A DNA stretch of 64,000 nt from Octopus sinensis (GCF_006345805.1 NC_043006.1:9672001-9736000); one strand, 5' to 3'. Shown: positions 1-14,551, counted from the first letter of the stretch. Notes: generated from the sequence alone by a model not told the origin. Numbers and translations are program-made.

Positions 1-399
1 TTTCAATACAATTTATTATATTTAGCTTTCCTAATCTGTTTTCTCGTATTGCTTTCAAAGAATTCCTCAACATTTCCCTCGCATACTTTTGTACAAGTAA
101 AACTTAAAGATATCTTAGATAAAAGTTAAAGTGTCTTTTTTAAACAAAATGAAAAAAAAAAACCAACAAAAATTAAGAAATAACTCAAAGTTATTAACGA
201 CTTGAACTTCTCCCAAAAAAGTATAAATCATGTTAAATTTATCTTACATTTTCTTAAGTGCTTCTCATTTACACTTCTCGCTTACTGTCACCATTTCGAT
301 CAAACTGTAGGACCGAATGTATATGAATATAACCATAGGAAAATAAACTGTTTATAAAAGATATAGATTTTAATGTCCGTACACATTTAGTTACTTTCG

Positions 400-544
400 T
401 TCTTCTTTTCTTCTTCTTCTTCTTCTTCTTCTTCTTCTTCTTCTTCTTCTTCTTCTTCTTCTTCTTCTTCTCTTCTTCTTCTTCTTCTTCTTCTTCTTCT
501 TCTTCTTCTTCTTCTTCTTCTTCTTCTTCTTCTTCCTCCTCTTC
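400..544. repeat. (TTC)n microsatellite
   Basis: Near-pure TTC run of ~145 bp. Confidence 0.98.
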
Positions 545-1799
545 GCTACCAAGAATTCACAAGGACCTCGAACCCAAAAGAGTAAACAAGAGAGAAAGAG
601 ACTAGCAGAAACAAGGAAAACGCCACTTGTGTTTGAACACTATACACATATTTTTTTTTTATTTCATTTAATTTTTCTAAATTTAATTGTTTAATTGTTA
701 CAGTTGAAAAAGTCTCAATGACTGAAACTGGTACTGAAATGATTTTTATAAAATTATTATAGCATTTTCTATCTTGACTTTTTTTCCATATATATATATA
801 ATATATATGTGTGTGTGGTGTGTGTGTGTGTGTGTGTGTGTGTGCCCGCGCGTGTGTATGTGTGTGTGTGTATGTATGTATATATATATACATAATAGCG
901 ACAGAAGCATTATTAGTTCTAGCCAATCTAATATCTAGGATGGAGACATAAAATGAAGGAGGGAAGTCACAACAGCAATACGTATTGAGAAATGTTTAAA
1001 TAGACTTCGTAGATTACTGGTTGATGTCTTAGAGAAATCACATTATTGTTGGTGATACCGCATTCTATATGACATGTGCTTGCGACTAAGGGTCATGTGA
1101 TGACGACATACCCTCGATGTGAAATAGGTTCCCAGCCTCTGTATCATGGATGGTTATGAGAACAACTCCTAACGAAAGCCAGAGCTTCCTTCGAGCACAA
1201 CATAAAATGTATTAAGAAAAAGTGCTATTTAGATATACTTTTATTTTAGTTGTTAACACTAGTTTACTCTTCTTTATCATCTCATACATTCAAAGTTCAC
1301 AAATTTCCTTATTTATATTATGAATCATATATCTTTCGAAACTATCAATATGATTACAGAACTTCTATGCAGACGATGTTTTCGCAGATTTGTCGGAACC
1401 AATTTTCAAATTACTGGAGTGCGTTGCTCTGCTCATAACGATGTATAACTGGCCGCGTATAAACAGAGGAGTAGGAAAAATGCACCTACGCAATCTAAAG
1501 TTTGGCCCTGCGTCTTGTTTGCTGTGAATGCGCGGGTGGGATCTTTATGGGGGCAAAAAAGAGGCAACCTAAGACATACGTCTCATTGTTCTATGCAAAA
1601 AATATCTGGATGATATGGTGTCGTGGGCTAGTTTGATTGAAAAAAAAAGAGATATAAACAACAGCCGCTTCGATTACCCGTTTCGAATCCTGCTCGACAC
1701 TAACACATTTCAATAACCACTAACTAACACGCACTTTTTCCATTTTACTTTTGCTATTAATCAGCCTTCGTATCTACGATGAGGCCCCTAACTATACGA

Positions 1800-2050
1800 T
1801 GAAAATCCAGAGTTTCTCCTGGTTGGTGAATTTTTAATAAAAATGCTATCGTGGTTCATCAGTTCAAAAATCGATATCCGCGAAATAATCACACTTTCTG
1901 ATTTTTTAATGTTAAAACCTTTCTGACGACAGTCTTTGTAATCCCGAAAATATCGTAACCATTGGTCCAACCGTCTGGCTGTGATGAGGGAACATACAAA
2001 GAGAGAACAGACGGACGGACAGACAGATGACCATAACATCCATTATAGTA
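1800..2050 (-). mobile_element. Probable non-autonomous Helitron-like (Lep1/DINE-like) remnant
   Basis: 'ccgaaaatatcgtaaccattggtccaaccgtctggctgtga...acagacggacggacagacaga' resembles the sub-terminal plus (GACA/GACG)n layout of invertebrate non-autonomous Helitrons. Termini not identified. Confidence 0.35.
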
Positions 2051-2609
2051 AGAACCAAATCTGAGCATCTACAATGGGAAACAAAGGGACATTATAGCAA
2101 ATCTAAACCCTCTAAATTCACGTGGTGGTTGTGGTGGTGGACGTCGGGAGGTGGTGGCGATGGTATTTGTGGTTGTGGTGGTGGTGATGGTGTATGCGTG
2201 TGTGTGTATGTGTGTGTGTGTGGTCGAAGTGGTGTTGTGAGTGTACGTATGTGAGTCTTTTTGTCTGCATTTGTTCCTACCACCACTTCACAGACATTTT
2301 TTTTTGCAGTTCAACATGTCTGTATTAAGTCCAAGGCTTATGTGTGTATATTGGTGGCTCGTTTCCTTTCTATGGCACGGACATTGCTTCCGGTGTTCGA
2401 TCCATCTCCCCGGAAGATAATAAGGTCGTTTCACTGGGCCATTTTTTTTCAAATATTTTCGAAGGGCACACAAGTAAAGTGGAGCGGGGCACTTATCGTA
2501 CATTTTGGAGGATCCCATTCGGGGACGCTTCTCTTCACCAGCGTCAAATTTCGACATTTTAAAGTTGTTATTGATGCCTAAGACGGATTAGATACAATTT
2601 CATATTGGT

Positions 2610-2720
2610 TTCAAGCTTTGGCACAAGATCACCAATTTCGCGGTGTAGAGTAAGTCGAAACTTATTTTATCGACGCGGAGAAGATGAAAGGCAAAGTCGA
2701 TCTCAGCAGAATTTGAAGTC
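2610..2720 (-). mobile_element. SINE family B fragment
   Basis: 'ttattttatcgac...gatgaaaggcaaagtcga...gaatttgaa' is the reverse complement of the SINE-B body seen at 17209 and 20753. Confidence 0.6.
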
Positions 2721-2798
2721 AATAGGTTTTTATACGATCAAGTTTAAAACTATTTAAATAGTTGTTTCCAGCATTCTGCACAGTTCATGTATCCGTAC

Positions 2799-2911
<113 letters not shown>

Positions 2912-3345
2912 TGTGTGTGGAGAGAGAGGGAGAGGGAGAGAAAACGCAAAGGAAGTAGGGCACAAAATGCTTTTATAATGAAACTCCGAAATCTTCCTCC
3001 GGGCAAATACCGCATCGATAAGAAGAGCTATAAGAGATAACCAAATGGAGCCGATATGGAGGTTGTAATCGAGATAGCAGAGTTAGGATTGTTATAAACT
3101 TTTATATAAGAGCGACAAAAAATATACAGGATAAAATATTAAGAAAATATGAAGAAATTCTATTCTATTCTGTATTTTGGGGGCTACATATAAATATATT
3201 CATATGACGCCTGTGTTTATTTCGATTACTACTACTCTCGCACTTCCTTTCACTTTCTCTCTCTCCCTCATTTGCTTTCTCTGTATCTCCAATCTTCCCA
3301 GTCAATCCCTCACTGCATACCTATCTATCTATCTATCTATCTATC

Positions 3346-3385
3346 TATATAATATATATATATTATATAATATATATATATATAT

Positions 3386-3432
<47 letters not shown>

Positions 3433-3485
3433 CATATACTTATATAAATATATATATATAATATATATATATTTATTTATATAAG

Positions 3486-3520
<35 letters not shown>

Positions 3521-3530
3521 CTTATGTAAG

Positions 3531-3611
<81 letters not shown>
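3346..3611. repeat. Interrupted (TA)n tract preceded by (TATC)n
   Basis: Directly visible. Confidence 0.95.
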
Positions 3612-4755
3612 TACAGAATGAAATAAACCGAGAGAACAGTAGATGTTGACAGTTTAGCATTAAGAGTACAAGATATAATTTTGTAATGACACATTGTTTT
3701 CCCTAATTATATATTTCTATAATGATTATTTGAACATCACAAGAAATCAATTTATACGTAATCACTCAAATGACACATTGATGTTACAAGATTACAGAAG
3801 TTGATTATGTGAATTAAATTGCTAACAGAAAATAATTGCGTGGTGATAATTAGAAGGAAGCAATGAGGAATGCGGATACCCTTACAATAACGTGTCTATT
3901 CGTTCTTAATACGTGTCGGTACATGAACACATACAGCATAGCCGCTTGATATATGTACTCCGATAGCGAATAACAGCATCAATCAGATATTCACGTTCGA
4001 ATATGGCAAATAGGATACTTTACGAAAAAGCGCCCTGTCCTGCACATCAGTAAATAATGTTCTTGTTGATTCCAATATAGGAGAGCCTGTGCCATGGGGA
4101 TTATCATCGATCCGAGGTAGCCTCAACGAGGTTTAAACGCCGTGGAGTTTCTAAAATTGCTGTCATACAGTGGTAGATCTCAGGTATTGTAAACTCAATA
4201 CGCTTTCCGTGAGATATTCGAGATATTTTCTGATAGCGAATAGATATTCTGAGCAGAAATCCACGTCAGAAACTTACAGAGCGTATAAAGAATGAATTGA
4301 TAGGTCACGGTACAGTGAGTGAGAATTGCCTACATCGCTGACATGATGTGAAACATGCAAATATATCAGAAAACAAACGGAAACAAATTTAACTGGGTGA
4401 ACACACACGCAATTATTAAAAAAATCTTACACTCAAGTGATTCCCAAAAATTCATTAAAAAACAGTCCCAATCACTACTATATATATATATATATATATG
4501 CACGCGCGCGTGTGTGTGTATATACTTATACATATATGGTGGGGTTATGCATATATAAAGTCAACGATTACTGAAGATGCTACAAGTACAAGAAGCAATG
4601 AAAATGATATAAAAAAAGACAAATAGGTAAAGGACTGGAAATTGAACCGGTGAGTGTGTTAATTAATAAGGCATTAAAACAGAATTACTCATCTGAGACA
4701 CAAGAAAATATGCCTCAACGCAAGATTCTTGCAAACCACATCCAAAAGATATATA

Positions 4756-4806
<51 letters not shown>

Positions 4807-4808
4807 TA

Positions 4809-4850
<42 letters not shown>

Positions 4851-5141
4851 TGTATGTGTGTGTGTTTGTATGTATGTATAGGAGCACGTTAAAGGCTAAG
4901 GGTTGTCACAGAGTGGTCATTTGGTTCGCACAAACTCTCTACTTCTGTAGAGAGGCTATACACCTTCGGTTATTTGATCTTGACGAGTGCCCTACTCTGA
5001 AAAGCACTTTATTCGTGAAACATTATGACTTAAAAGATATATTACTGCTTTAATATTTTTGATGTGTTTCTTTTTCAGATTTATGAATTATTGATTATAT
5101 ATATATATACATATATATATGTGTGTGTATATATGTATGTA

Positions 5142-5176
<35 letters not shown>

Positions 5177-5488
5177 TCATATATATATATGTATGTGTAT
5201 ATATATTATATATGTTTTTGTTACGGCGCATGGCATAGTGGTAAGGTTGTAGCATTTTAGGGATACGGGCTCGGATCTAAGAGACATGTGATCTAGTGAT
5301 GCATCAAATGCTTATAAATTCCGTCCAAGGAATTATTATTATATTTTTCTACAGTACATCGCTACAGCTCGAAGCAACACCAAAGATATGGTTCACGAAA
5401 GAGCAGCATTTGAATGTTGGCGGCATAATTGAATAGAAACTTTATTTGCATATTCAAAATGCCTCCCGTATAGAAATTTACACACACA

Positions 5489-5544
<56 letters not shown>

Positions 5545-6321
5545 TATATACGTATGTCTTATGCATGTATGTATATGTGTATGTATGTATATATATGTAT
5601 GTATATATGTATGTATGCAAAGAGCTTAAATGTAGATGTCTAATCTTACCTGTTCTTCTTCACATCGACGGAAGGCTACACGTTAAAAAAATCAATATTA
5701 TTTAGCGTATCATGAACTTCTTTGTGTTTTTCTTCTATTTTACCACTAACATTTGGAACAACAATGAGATTAAAAATTTCATTTATTTTAAATTATTGCA
5801 AATAATGTTACGTGAAACAACAAAATTTTGTTTTTGCATCTACTACTGAAATTAAAACTTTCAGTGGGGTATTTTAATTGACAACTTGTCACGAAAAATT
5901 CACACATTTCCCTTGTAATTTAGGAAAAATAAAATCTCATTCTTGCATTCTAAAGTAAAAGAAATTATATGTTACTTATTTTACTAATCTACAACCTACA
6001 ATCTAAAATATAACTGCATATAACTATAATTCTTGTAGTTGTTTTTTTGTTAATGTACGCTTTTTTGGTTTTCTATTCATGGTGTTCTATTTAAATATTT
6101 ACCGCTACATTTTCTCTCTCTCTTCAACTCCCTAGTTTTGGTAATTTTATCATATAACATCGTCGATGTTTTTGTCTCTAATTTTTCTTTCCACATTATT
6201 AACAAATATACAATGCGTATAACTGATTCGGTACGATAATTCTGTTCGATACTACGAATTCTTCATACAGTGTATGAAAGAAATATGTAAGCGTTCATTT
6301 CTATATATGTATATATATATA

Positions 6322-6405
<84 letters not shown>

Positions 6406-6438
6406 GGGTAGCTAGCGAGATAGACAGATAATATGATA

Positions 6439-6484
<46 letters not shown>

Positions 6485-7069
6485 TTAGATAAACAAATAG
6501 ATAAATCGATTAAATAGATAGCGAGAGAGAGAGAGAGAAATAATATATATATAACATAATATGGCGGGATGCGCTCACATACATACACACATGTTACCAT
6601 CAACTGAATGGTTCACATAGGACCTTATTTTTCTCACTAACTGTATAATCATCCTTCAGACGGAAGTACGATTTTAAAATTTGTTTATATTAATTATACA
6701 TTGAGACAATATCTTTAAATATTGCGTCTATGCATCTGAATATTTCATATAGTTAAACTTGGAACTTAATTGGCAGAGTAAAAAAAATAACAAAAGGCAA
6801 TTGTGACACATTTTGAAGTAGCCAATCAGTGCATATAGACATACTCGTGTATAAAAAGCATTTATTTATTGTGTATAATTAAATGTAGAGTTTATGAATA
6901 TATATATATATAATAATGGTTGCAAATTACTAAGAATAAAAGGGAAATTTCGAAAATATGTATCTTTACATATAAGGAAGTTTCATTATTTTTCTTTCCC
7001 TTTCTGAAAGAGTTTGTATCTTGCTATCCCTCACTTTCAGACATTCTCAATGTCCGTTACCTCATTTCA

Positions 7070-7112
<43 letters not shown>

Positions 7113-7289
7113 GCACTCTCTCTTACTCTATCCCTATCTATTAACCTTTGTTTATCTTCTTGTTCTCAAACCATATATGTATTATTTTATATCGAGCGTT
7201 CGTTTGTGAATACATATGCTTATGTAGAATGGATACACGTGCTTTTTTATTGGAGTAATTCGTAATTCGTCTTAAGCCTCAACATGGAA

Positions 7290-9830
7290 ACTTCAAACAT
7301 TCAACAAGACACAACCTAACTAGACAACGTAGCTTCTCCATCCACCCACAAAACAATATTAAAGATTAAATTTAACCCAAACCACAACAACCATAGACAA
7401 TATAACAACCCTCAGTACAACAATGATCTAGTCCGCTACACAGTCACTCCACTAAAAACATATTTCTACAGACACACTTTACACCCATTTTCTCCTCAGC
7501 AAACTAAGTACAATACAGAGCTACTACAACAATACACCGACTACAACCATTTTTTAGGCCTAAATCAGAGAAACAGAGATATGGAATGGAACAAAATGTA
7601 CTAGAACAACATAAAATAATCAACTTACCGAAGAAAATCATAAGTACTACACAAACTAAAATTCTAGCAAGTGGTTTAAAGTTTACACCAACCGCTCGCT
7701 GATTGAACCCTAATTAAATTAAGGATAATACTATGGATTTTTGCTGAAAATTACGCATCACAAAGGCACTTCAGAACTACACCAGCGAAGATGACAATAG
7801 TAAAAATCAAAAGCGAATACTGTCCTACAAAATGCAGAAATAAAGCACTTGATGATTTTTGTGTACACATTATCAAGGAATTCAATCCAACCTTAACAGA
7901 AATGAATGGAAAAACATAATCAGGGTTAAAAATGATATAAGAATGATATAAGCATTGAAGCAGCCGATAAAGGAAGTGCGGTAGTGTTGATGGACACAGA
8001 GTACTATAAAACTTTAATACTCTCCATGTTGGAAAACAATATTTACTATGAGAAAATAGTACAATACAACCCACAGACGACTCTTGAAAAATAATCCTCC
8101 ATATTTCAAATATATGGAAAGGGTTTCACTAAAAACGAAATTGACTATTTATCCAATTTTAAATACAGGTTCAAGACTATTCTACGGATTACCTAAAGTA
8201 CACAAAAAACCCACATATTTGTAAAGCTTGCAAAGATTCTCCATGCCTATGCATTAATGTTTCTTCCCACTGACCTCAGACCTCTCATTGTTGGTCCTTC
8301 TTGTGAAACCCACTGTTTGAGCAATTCCCTCGATATGCTACTCAAACCATTTCTAAAGTATGTGAAAATCATCATCAGGGATGACTTAAACATGCTTAAC
8401 CACCTCCCGAAGACAATAACTGAAGAAACCATGTTAGTATCATTCAATGTGGTGAACTTGTACACCAATATTCCACAAGAATATGGTATAGAAGCAATCA
8501 CCTTCTGGCTAGAAAAATAACAAGAAGGGATCCCAGGACGCATCAACCACAGATTCATAATTGTAGCACTCAAATTCATCCTACTGAACAACTATTTCAT
8601 GTTCAATATAGTTTACTATCGACAAAAATGTAGAATTGCAAAGGGAACCCGAGCTTTCCCAGTGATTGCGAACCTTGTAATCGGTTAACTAGAACTTAAA
8701 ATATACCAATCATCACGACAAAAATATGGCACCTCATTTCATTGATATTTAAAGGAGAACTGGAAGAGGTATTCAGATGATTGCTTTCTACTTTCAAAAG
8801 ATAGCACGGACATACACCTCGATTTCAAAATTATGCTGAGTAATATCAAAAGCAGCATGCAATTCACCATGGAATACAACAATAAATAGCTCCTTTTCTT
8901 GACATCCTAATCAAAATAGTTAATAGCCATATCGAAGGAGGCATCTTCTATAAACTCACAGATTCAAAACAATACCTATTATTCAAATCATGCCACACCA
9001 AACACATAAAAAATAACATACCTTATAATCTATCGAAAAGAATCTGTATCATAGCTTCGGACACCAATACTCGTCAACGAAGACTTCTTGAACTCAGATA
9101 AATACTAATCAAGAGACACTACCCAACATCATTAATAAATGATGAGATTCAACGAGCACAGGAAACAATCATACGAACATTAAGGGTCAACCGAAATACT
9201 ACACCAGACTTAAAAAATACTCCTATACATCTCCACACATAGCTGTAGAAATAATGAGGCCTTCGACATTATCATCCAAAATCTACCCATTCTCACAACA
9301 GATAAAGCAATGAACAAACTTTAGGCTCACGCAAGAGCAAGATGAAACCAGAATCATTGAAAAAGTATTAACCAACGCAAGACTATATCCATTAACAACG
9401 GAAGAAAAGGTGAATAAATGCAGCCGGCTTAACTGTGGCACATGCCCCCCACTTCTGGAGGGAACAGTGTTCCACTTCAAGCAATGTGAAATATTTAAGT
9501 TTGAATTAAATTTCACATGTGCCTCGGAAACCTAATCTATGCCATTACCTGCTTAGCGTGCAGTAATCAATATGCTGGTCAAACAGGAACATTACTTCGT
9601 CGAAGAACCAATCTTCACAAAGAATAAATCCGCCACCCACAATACAGAGAGATACAGGTCTGTGAACACATAGATAGGTGTGCTAGGAACTTTAATTCTA
9701 ACTTCCTAAATTTCCCCTTGTATCAATGTTCACAGAACACCTCAGTACAGCAAAGATTGAATAAAGCGACAGCTTTCATCAATAAATGTCATTCACAACT
9801 TAACATGAACACATAACATAATACAGAATA
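7290..9830 (+). mobile_element. Decayed Penelope-like retroelement (RT + GIY-YIG endonuclease)
   Basis: Frameshifted translations: KIINLPKKIISTTQTKILASGLKFTPT (~7615); LRPLIVGPSCETHCLSNSLDMLLKP...LVSFNVVNLYTNIP (8257-8520); WKRYSDDCF (8761-8787); YKLTDSKQYLLFKSCH..HIKNNIPY (~8950-9025); LIYAITCLACSNQYAGQTGTLLRRRTNLH (~9533-9625). Many stops and frameshifts. Confidence 0.92.
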
Positions 9831-10384
9831 CTACACCATTCATATTACGGTATTATATCTACCGTAAGTACACAACATCCAAAACTACTTACATAACTTT
9901 CACAGTCTTTTTACTCATAGCCAACACTGTTTGATAATCGGTGCGCATTCAAAGCCAGTGAAAAGCAGCTGACGATACCGGTATGACTTCCAATTTCTTT
10001 AACAATTCAAAATAATGAATTTTATTCCTCTTAATTCTACCTCAGTTCACCTAATTGTATATATTTGTCGTTACTTTTTATTAAAAAGGGCTTTATTTTA
10101 TATCCAATGTGCATTTTCGCTTTACTCCTTATTACGTTCCCCATATGTGTGAGTGTGTATGCGCGCGCGCGCGTGCGTGTGTGTGTGTGTGTGTGTGTGT
10201 GTTTATCTGATGCGTACGCTCCAGCTATTACTAACATTCTGTTCCACGTTCGTTTCAACATTGGAGACCAGTATCGCTCTTGTTTTTGAAAATTCTGAAA
10301 ATCTTTCAATTTCTGTGAGTATCCATTTTTTGCGATTATTCGAATATGCATAATGCATTACGAAATACCTAATACAGAATACAC

Positions 10385-11100
10385 ACACCGGACAAATGGA
10401 CACTCGGAAGGAAGGCATGTTGAGTCTTCCATTGTCATTTAATCTGGGGTCAATAAATCTGCAGAAGCTTGAAACCCTCTCAAAACATGGACACGTTGGC
10501 TTTTATTAAGAGGATAGCTCAAACCTTGGCCATCCTGCAAACCATCTTCGTCTGTTACAACTAAAACAAGACAAAAATGGACTAGAGAAGAAAAATAAGA
10601 ACTTTGTGGCGGAATATTATGCTGCAGTGTATTTTCCAACTTGGAGATTGGATACGGAACATAGAAACTGAAGGAGGAAAATCCCTACCAATAAACTAAG
10701 CCCAGATGGTAATAAATTATCTAATGTTCGCAGGAACTCCATCAAGAAAACTTGGTTGACTGACCAAGATATCCACGATATTCAATTGTATGTTCGGTCC
10801 AATAGCCATACAAATAAAAACAACAATAAAACAAAACATCCCTTCAATGTGGTAGTAGAATATAATTCATCAAATACCCACATTGGGGTCCTCGACGAAA
10901 TTGTCACAAACGCTGATGTAACTGAGTGATTACAGTGGAAGTGAGAATTCTGACACTCAACAATATAAAGACAAACAGTATGTCAGACTGGATGTACCTA
11001 AAACAGTGAACTGGGAGATCGCAATGACTGCAATAAATTGATACATTGATAGGCGAGTGGAATTCAGTTTCAAAATCGATCTTCAGTGAAAATGCAGTAG
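10385..11100 (+). mobile_element. R4/Dong-like non-LTR retrotransposon, decayed N-terminal region
   Basis: RQKWTREE (10569-10592) and DGNKLSNVRRNSIKKTWLTDQDIHDI (~10705-10780) resemble the R4/Dong ORF N-terminus. Boundaries approximate. Confidence 0.55.
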
Positions 11101-11523
11101 ATCTCACTTATTTATTTATTACAATGGTAAAGGACAAGATATATGGATAAATGAATGAATGGTGACTAGGAAGGTAGATACCATTCTCTCTCTGTCTTTC
11201 CCTCTACCTATCTGTCCATCTGCCTGCCTATCTATCTATCTATCTCTCTATCCATCTATGTATCTATTTATCTATCTATCCTCACCCATAAAAAAACAAA
11301 AGCAATAATCTCTTCTAACCTCCCCCACCCCGCCAATCCTCTGTTTTATATAACAACTTGTTTGTACACTCACAATTTTATTTGACAAGTTCTCGAAAAG
11401 AACGAAAGCGCTAATAATAATAATGAAGAAAGAAAAGGATTTTCTTTAAAATTCTGACTTTTTTTCTCAATATATGTATATACATATATAGAAATATACT
11501 TATATATAGTTACATGTGTGTAT

Positions 11524-11573
<50 letters not shown>

Positions 11574-11930
11574 ATGTATGTATGTATATGTGTGTGTGTA
11601 TGTATATGTGCATCGGTGTATGTATACATGTATACATGTATGTCTATGGATGTGTGAATGCATGTGTATATGTACATGTATGTATGTATATTTTATGCCT
11701 GTACTTATACACGTGTGTGTGTGGGTGCCTGTATGTACGTGAGTGTCTGTGTGTTGGTGTGTATCTACGTGTACATTTGTGTATGTAAGTTCGAGTTCTA
11801 CAATTCCTACATGAATCTTTTTCCCAGTGCCGAAAAACTTTAAGATCATATATTTAGGTCCACTTACAATATATACAATATACATCCTTAACATGCTCAT
11901 CCTTTGACTCCGGATACTTGTTTAGTTATC

Positions 11931-12788
11931 TATTAAGTCGTCAAGTATGAAATTTGTAGAAAAGATAATAGTTTGCTTATGTTTTTAAAATACTAGGAAT
12001 GATTTTATTCATCAAAGTATGCAGCCATATTGTCAATACAATTTTACCATTTCAGAAGTATCTTGTCCAGCTCAGAACTGTAAAAGACTGCAATATCAAT
12101 ATTAGCGGTTGGGAGGCAGTTGCCGGCAACCGTGGAGAATGGCGACGTACCGTAAAAGAGGGAATACAAAGGAGTGACAGAGAGAGAGAGGAGAATTGGA
12201 AAGAAAAGAAGAGACGTCAACAAGAGACCATGGCATTACAACCAGCCAGGAACAGTCTTCGCTACATTTGCGGTACCTGCCAGAGGGAGTGTTTGTCCAG
12301 GATAGGACTACACAGCCACAGCAAGAAATGTATCAGGACATGAAATATAAAAGCCGGACTAGACTACTTTATGCGCAACTCCATTGTCTCCCGAGACAGA
12401 AAGGATGCCAACAATAGAGTTAATAAAATCTTGGAAGGCCTGTTTTACAACATGGTCGGAATTGTTTTTCAAATCAAAATAATTCAATGTGATACTGTCT
12501 GCTGCGTTAGAATGAAATGCTTCATTAATATTCCGAGCTGTCTGTGACGCTATATTTCCAAGAAAGAACTCATATTTCAAAACTGTACGAATTTCCGACG
12601 TATACATCTCAAAAAAAAAAAATTGCAAAATACTTTATAAGCGCAAAATGAGTTGAAATGAAGAAATAGATGTGTCAGCTTCCTAACATAAAATGAAGTT
12701 TGTCAATGTATAATAGTGGAGCAAAATTAGCAGCTGTCGAATTTTTACCATATAGCTTAATACACATTTCATACTTGATGACCTAATA
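11931..12788 (-). mobile_element. Internally deleted mariner transposon with both TIRs
   Basis: TIRs tattaagtcgtcaagtatgaaatttgt (11931) and the reverse complement tattaggtcatcaagtatgaaatgtgt (ends 12788). Minus-strand N-terminus EIRTVLKYEFFLGNIASQTARNINEAF joined to C-terminal VKQAFQDFINS and KW*NCIDNMAAYFDE*. Confidence 0.88.
12073..12412 (+). mobile_element. RTE-clade LINE 3' fragment nested in the mariner
   Basis: DCNINISGWEAVAGNRGEWRR...CGTCQRECLSRIGLHSHSKKC*, the RTE C-terminal motif, followed by a short 3' UTR ending ccattgtctcccgagacagaaaggatgcca. Confidence 0.88.
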
Positions 12789-12910
12789 ATAGATCACAGA
12801 CTAATGTTTCTGTCTGGTTAAATACATCATCTTGCATTGGATGAATCTAAGTAACATTGGCTCTGACAGTACTGACTGACACGCCCCCGGATTTCTTCTT
12901 CTTCTCTTTT

Positions 12911-12950
<40 letters not shown>

Positions 12951-12975
12951 GCTGCTGCTACTACTACTACTACTA

Positions 12976-13011
<36 letters not shown>

Positions 13012-13032
13012 TACTACGACTATTACTACTAC
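12911..13032. repeat. (TAC)n microsatellite
   Basis: Directly visible. Confidence 0.95.
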
Positions 13033-13861
13033 TTATTTTTCTTCGTTTTCTGCTTTTGCTCATCTCCTCTTCTCCCTTTCGTCCTGCTCCCCTCCTTCTT
13101 CTCCATGTTCTTCTTCTTCCTCTACTCCTCTTTGGCTTCTTCTATTTGTTTTCGTCCTCCTATCTCTTTCTCCCTCCTATCATAATGCTTATCCACCATC
13201 TTGATTTCCCCCACCCACAATGTCTTCCCTTGGGACCCATCTCGCATACACACTTAATTTTTTAACATAAATGTCTCATAGATGTACAATGTAATAACAT
13301 GATTTTGATGCAAGTCTGAGGCACTGTCTCCCCAATGCCTAAACCCGCAAATATGTAATTTTTGTTTTACAATTTTCGCGTAAACTGGCGTTGCAAAATA
13401 AGATGAAGATGTGTTAAAGAATTCTCTGTATTCTTCTTTTCATTGTATACACATATAGATATGCATGTATGTGAATGTGCATGTGTGTATATGTGTGAGT
13501 GTGTGTGTGTGTGAATGTATGTACATATGAAGAGTGACAAGAGTGGAAACCTCTCTGCAGCAAGCGAGGGCACCAGTGATCGACTTAATCTGCATCGTTG
13601 ACGCTACTCGGTTGTCTACGGTTAAGCTAACTCGACCTGTCAGCTTATAAAATATGTCGCACGAACCACTGGCTGATTCAGTAAAATGGTAAAGTGATAA
13701 TTATAAATCATTAAAGTGGCTACTAGCAATTTCCAACCAAATGTCACATGTACAAAACGTCACTAAAATGACTAAGGGTGCACATCAGCACCAGCGTTGC
13801 TAGGGGTAAGAATCAAGGCAAGTGATAATTTATAACCATCACCTTACCATTACTTTTATAG

Positions 13862-14428
13862 TAGAGTTTCCACTGTAAAACGTTTACAACATGGTCGTGC
13901 TTCCATTTGTTATACTTTCCCTGTGTCAGCTTTAGCCATTCTGTCACGATGTGTGCCGCTGTCTCTTTCAAGTTCCAAAGACTCTAAATTTTTCTGACAC
14001 AGTTTTTCCGTATGTATTTTTTTTCCTCCGTTTGTTTGTTTTTTTTATCGCTTGATCTTAGGCTGCTACAAGTAGGCATTCTATTTCTCCTTTAATCGCT
14101 CCTTTTATAACCAAACTCAGTTTTTTTGTTCCACACGCACCTTCAGTGGCTCTCCAAAATTGACCATGCAGAGGTTTCTGTTCCACCTATCCGACGAGCG
14201 CTGTTTGTATATCATTCTTGTCGTTTTCCCAAATTACGCGTGTGAATACATGTTCTTTATTCATTGTCTTTGGTAGTTTTTCTGTGATTCTCTCTAAATT
14301 CTCTACTACTAGGCTTTTTTTTTCTCCAGCTGTACACATTCTGCTACTACTATTAGGCCTCTTTTACCCTGATCTCTTCTCATATACAGCTTCCTGATAT
14401 CAGTTTTCGGATCGAGCGTTCCATCGTC
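13862..14428 (-). mobile_element. R4/Dong-like LINE fragment (post-RT region)
   Basis: Minus strand: LDPKTDIRKLYMRRDQGKRGL; KPLHGQFWRATE; KGAIKGEIECLLVAA*DQAIK; HIVTEWLKLTQGKYNKWKHDHVVNVLQWKL. Confidence 0.82.
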
Positions 14429-14430
14429 TT

Positions 14431-14443
14431 CATCACCACCACC

Positions 14444-14477
<34 letters not shown>

Positions 14478-14551
14478 TCACCACCACCACCACCACCACC
14501 ACCACCACCGCCACCGCCGTCGTCGTCGTCGTCGTCGTCATCATCATCATC

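Noticed and set aside
1081-1170. gtgatga resembling a C/D snoRNA C box
   Set aside because: No convincing D box or terminal stem at a suitable distance.
4571-4612. CTGAAGA-tgct...agca-atGAAA hammerhead-like string
   Set aside because: No palindromic helix III/UH and no stem I partner. At best a very decayed copy.
9969-10000. CTGACGA downstream of the PLE
   Set aside because: Not followed by GAAA, so a ribozyme cannot be completed.
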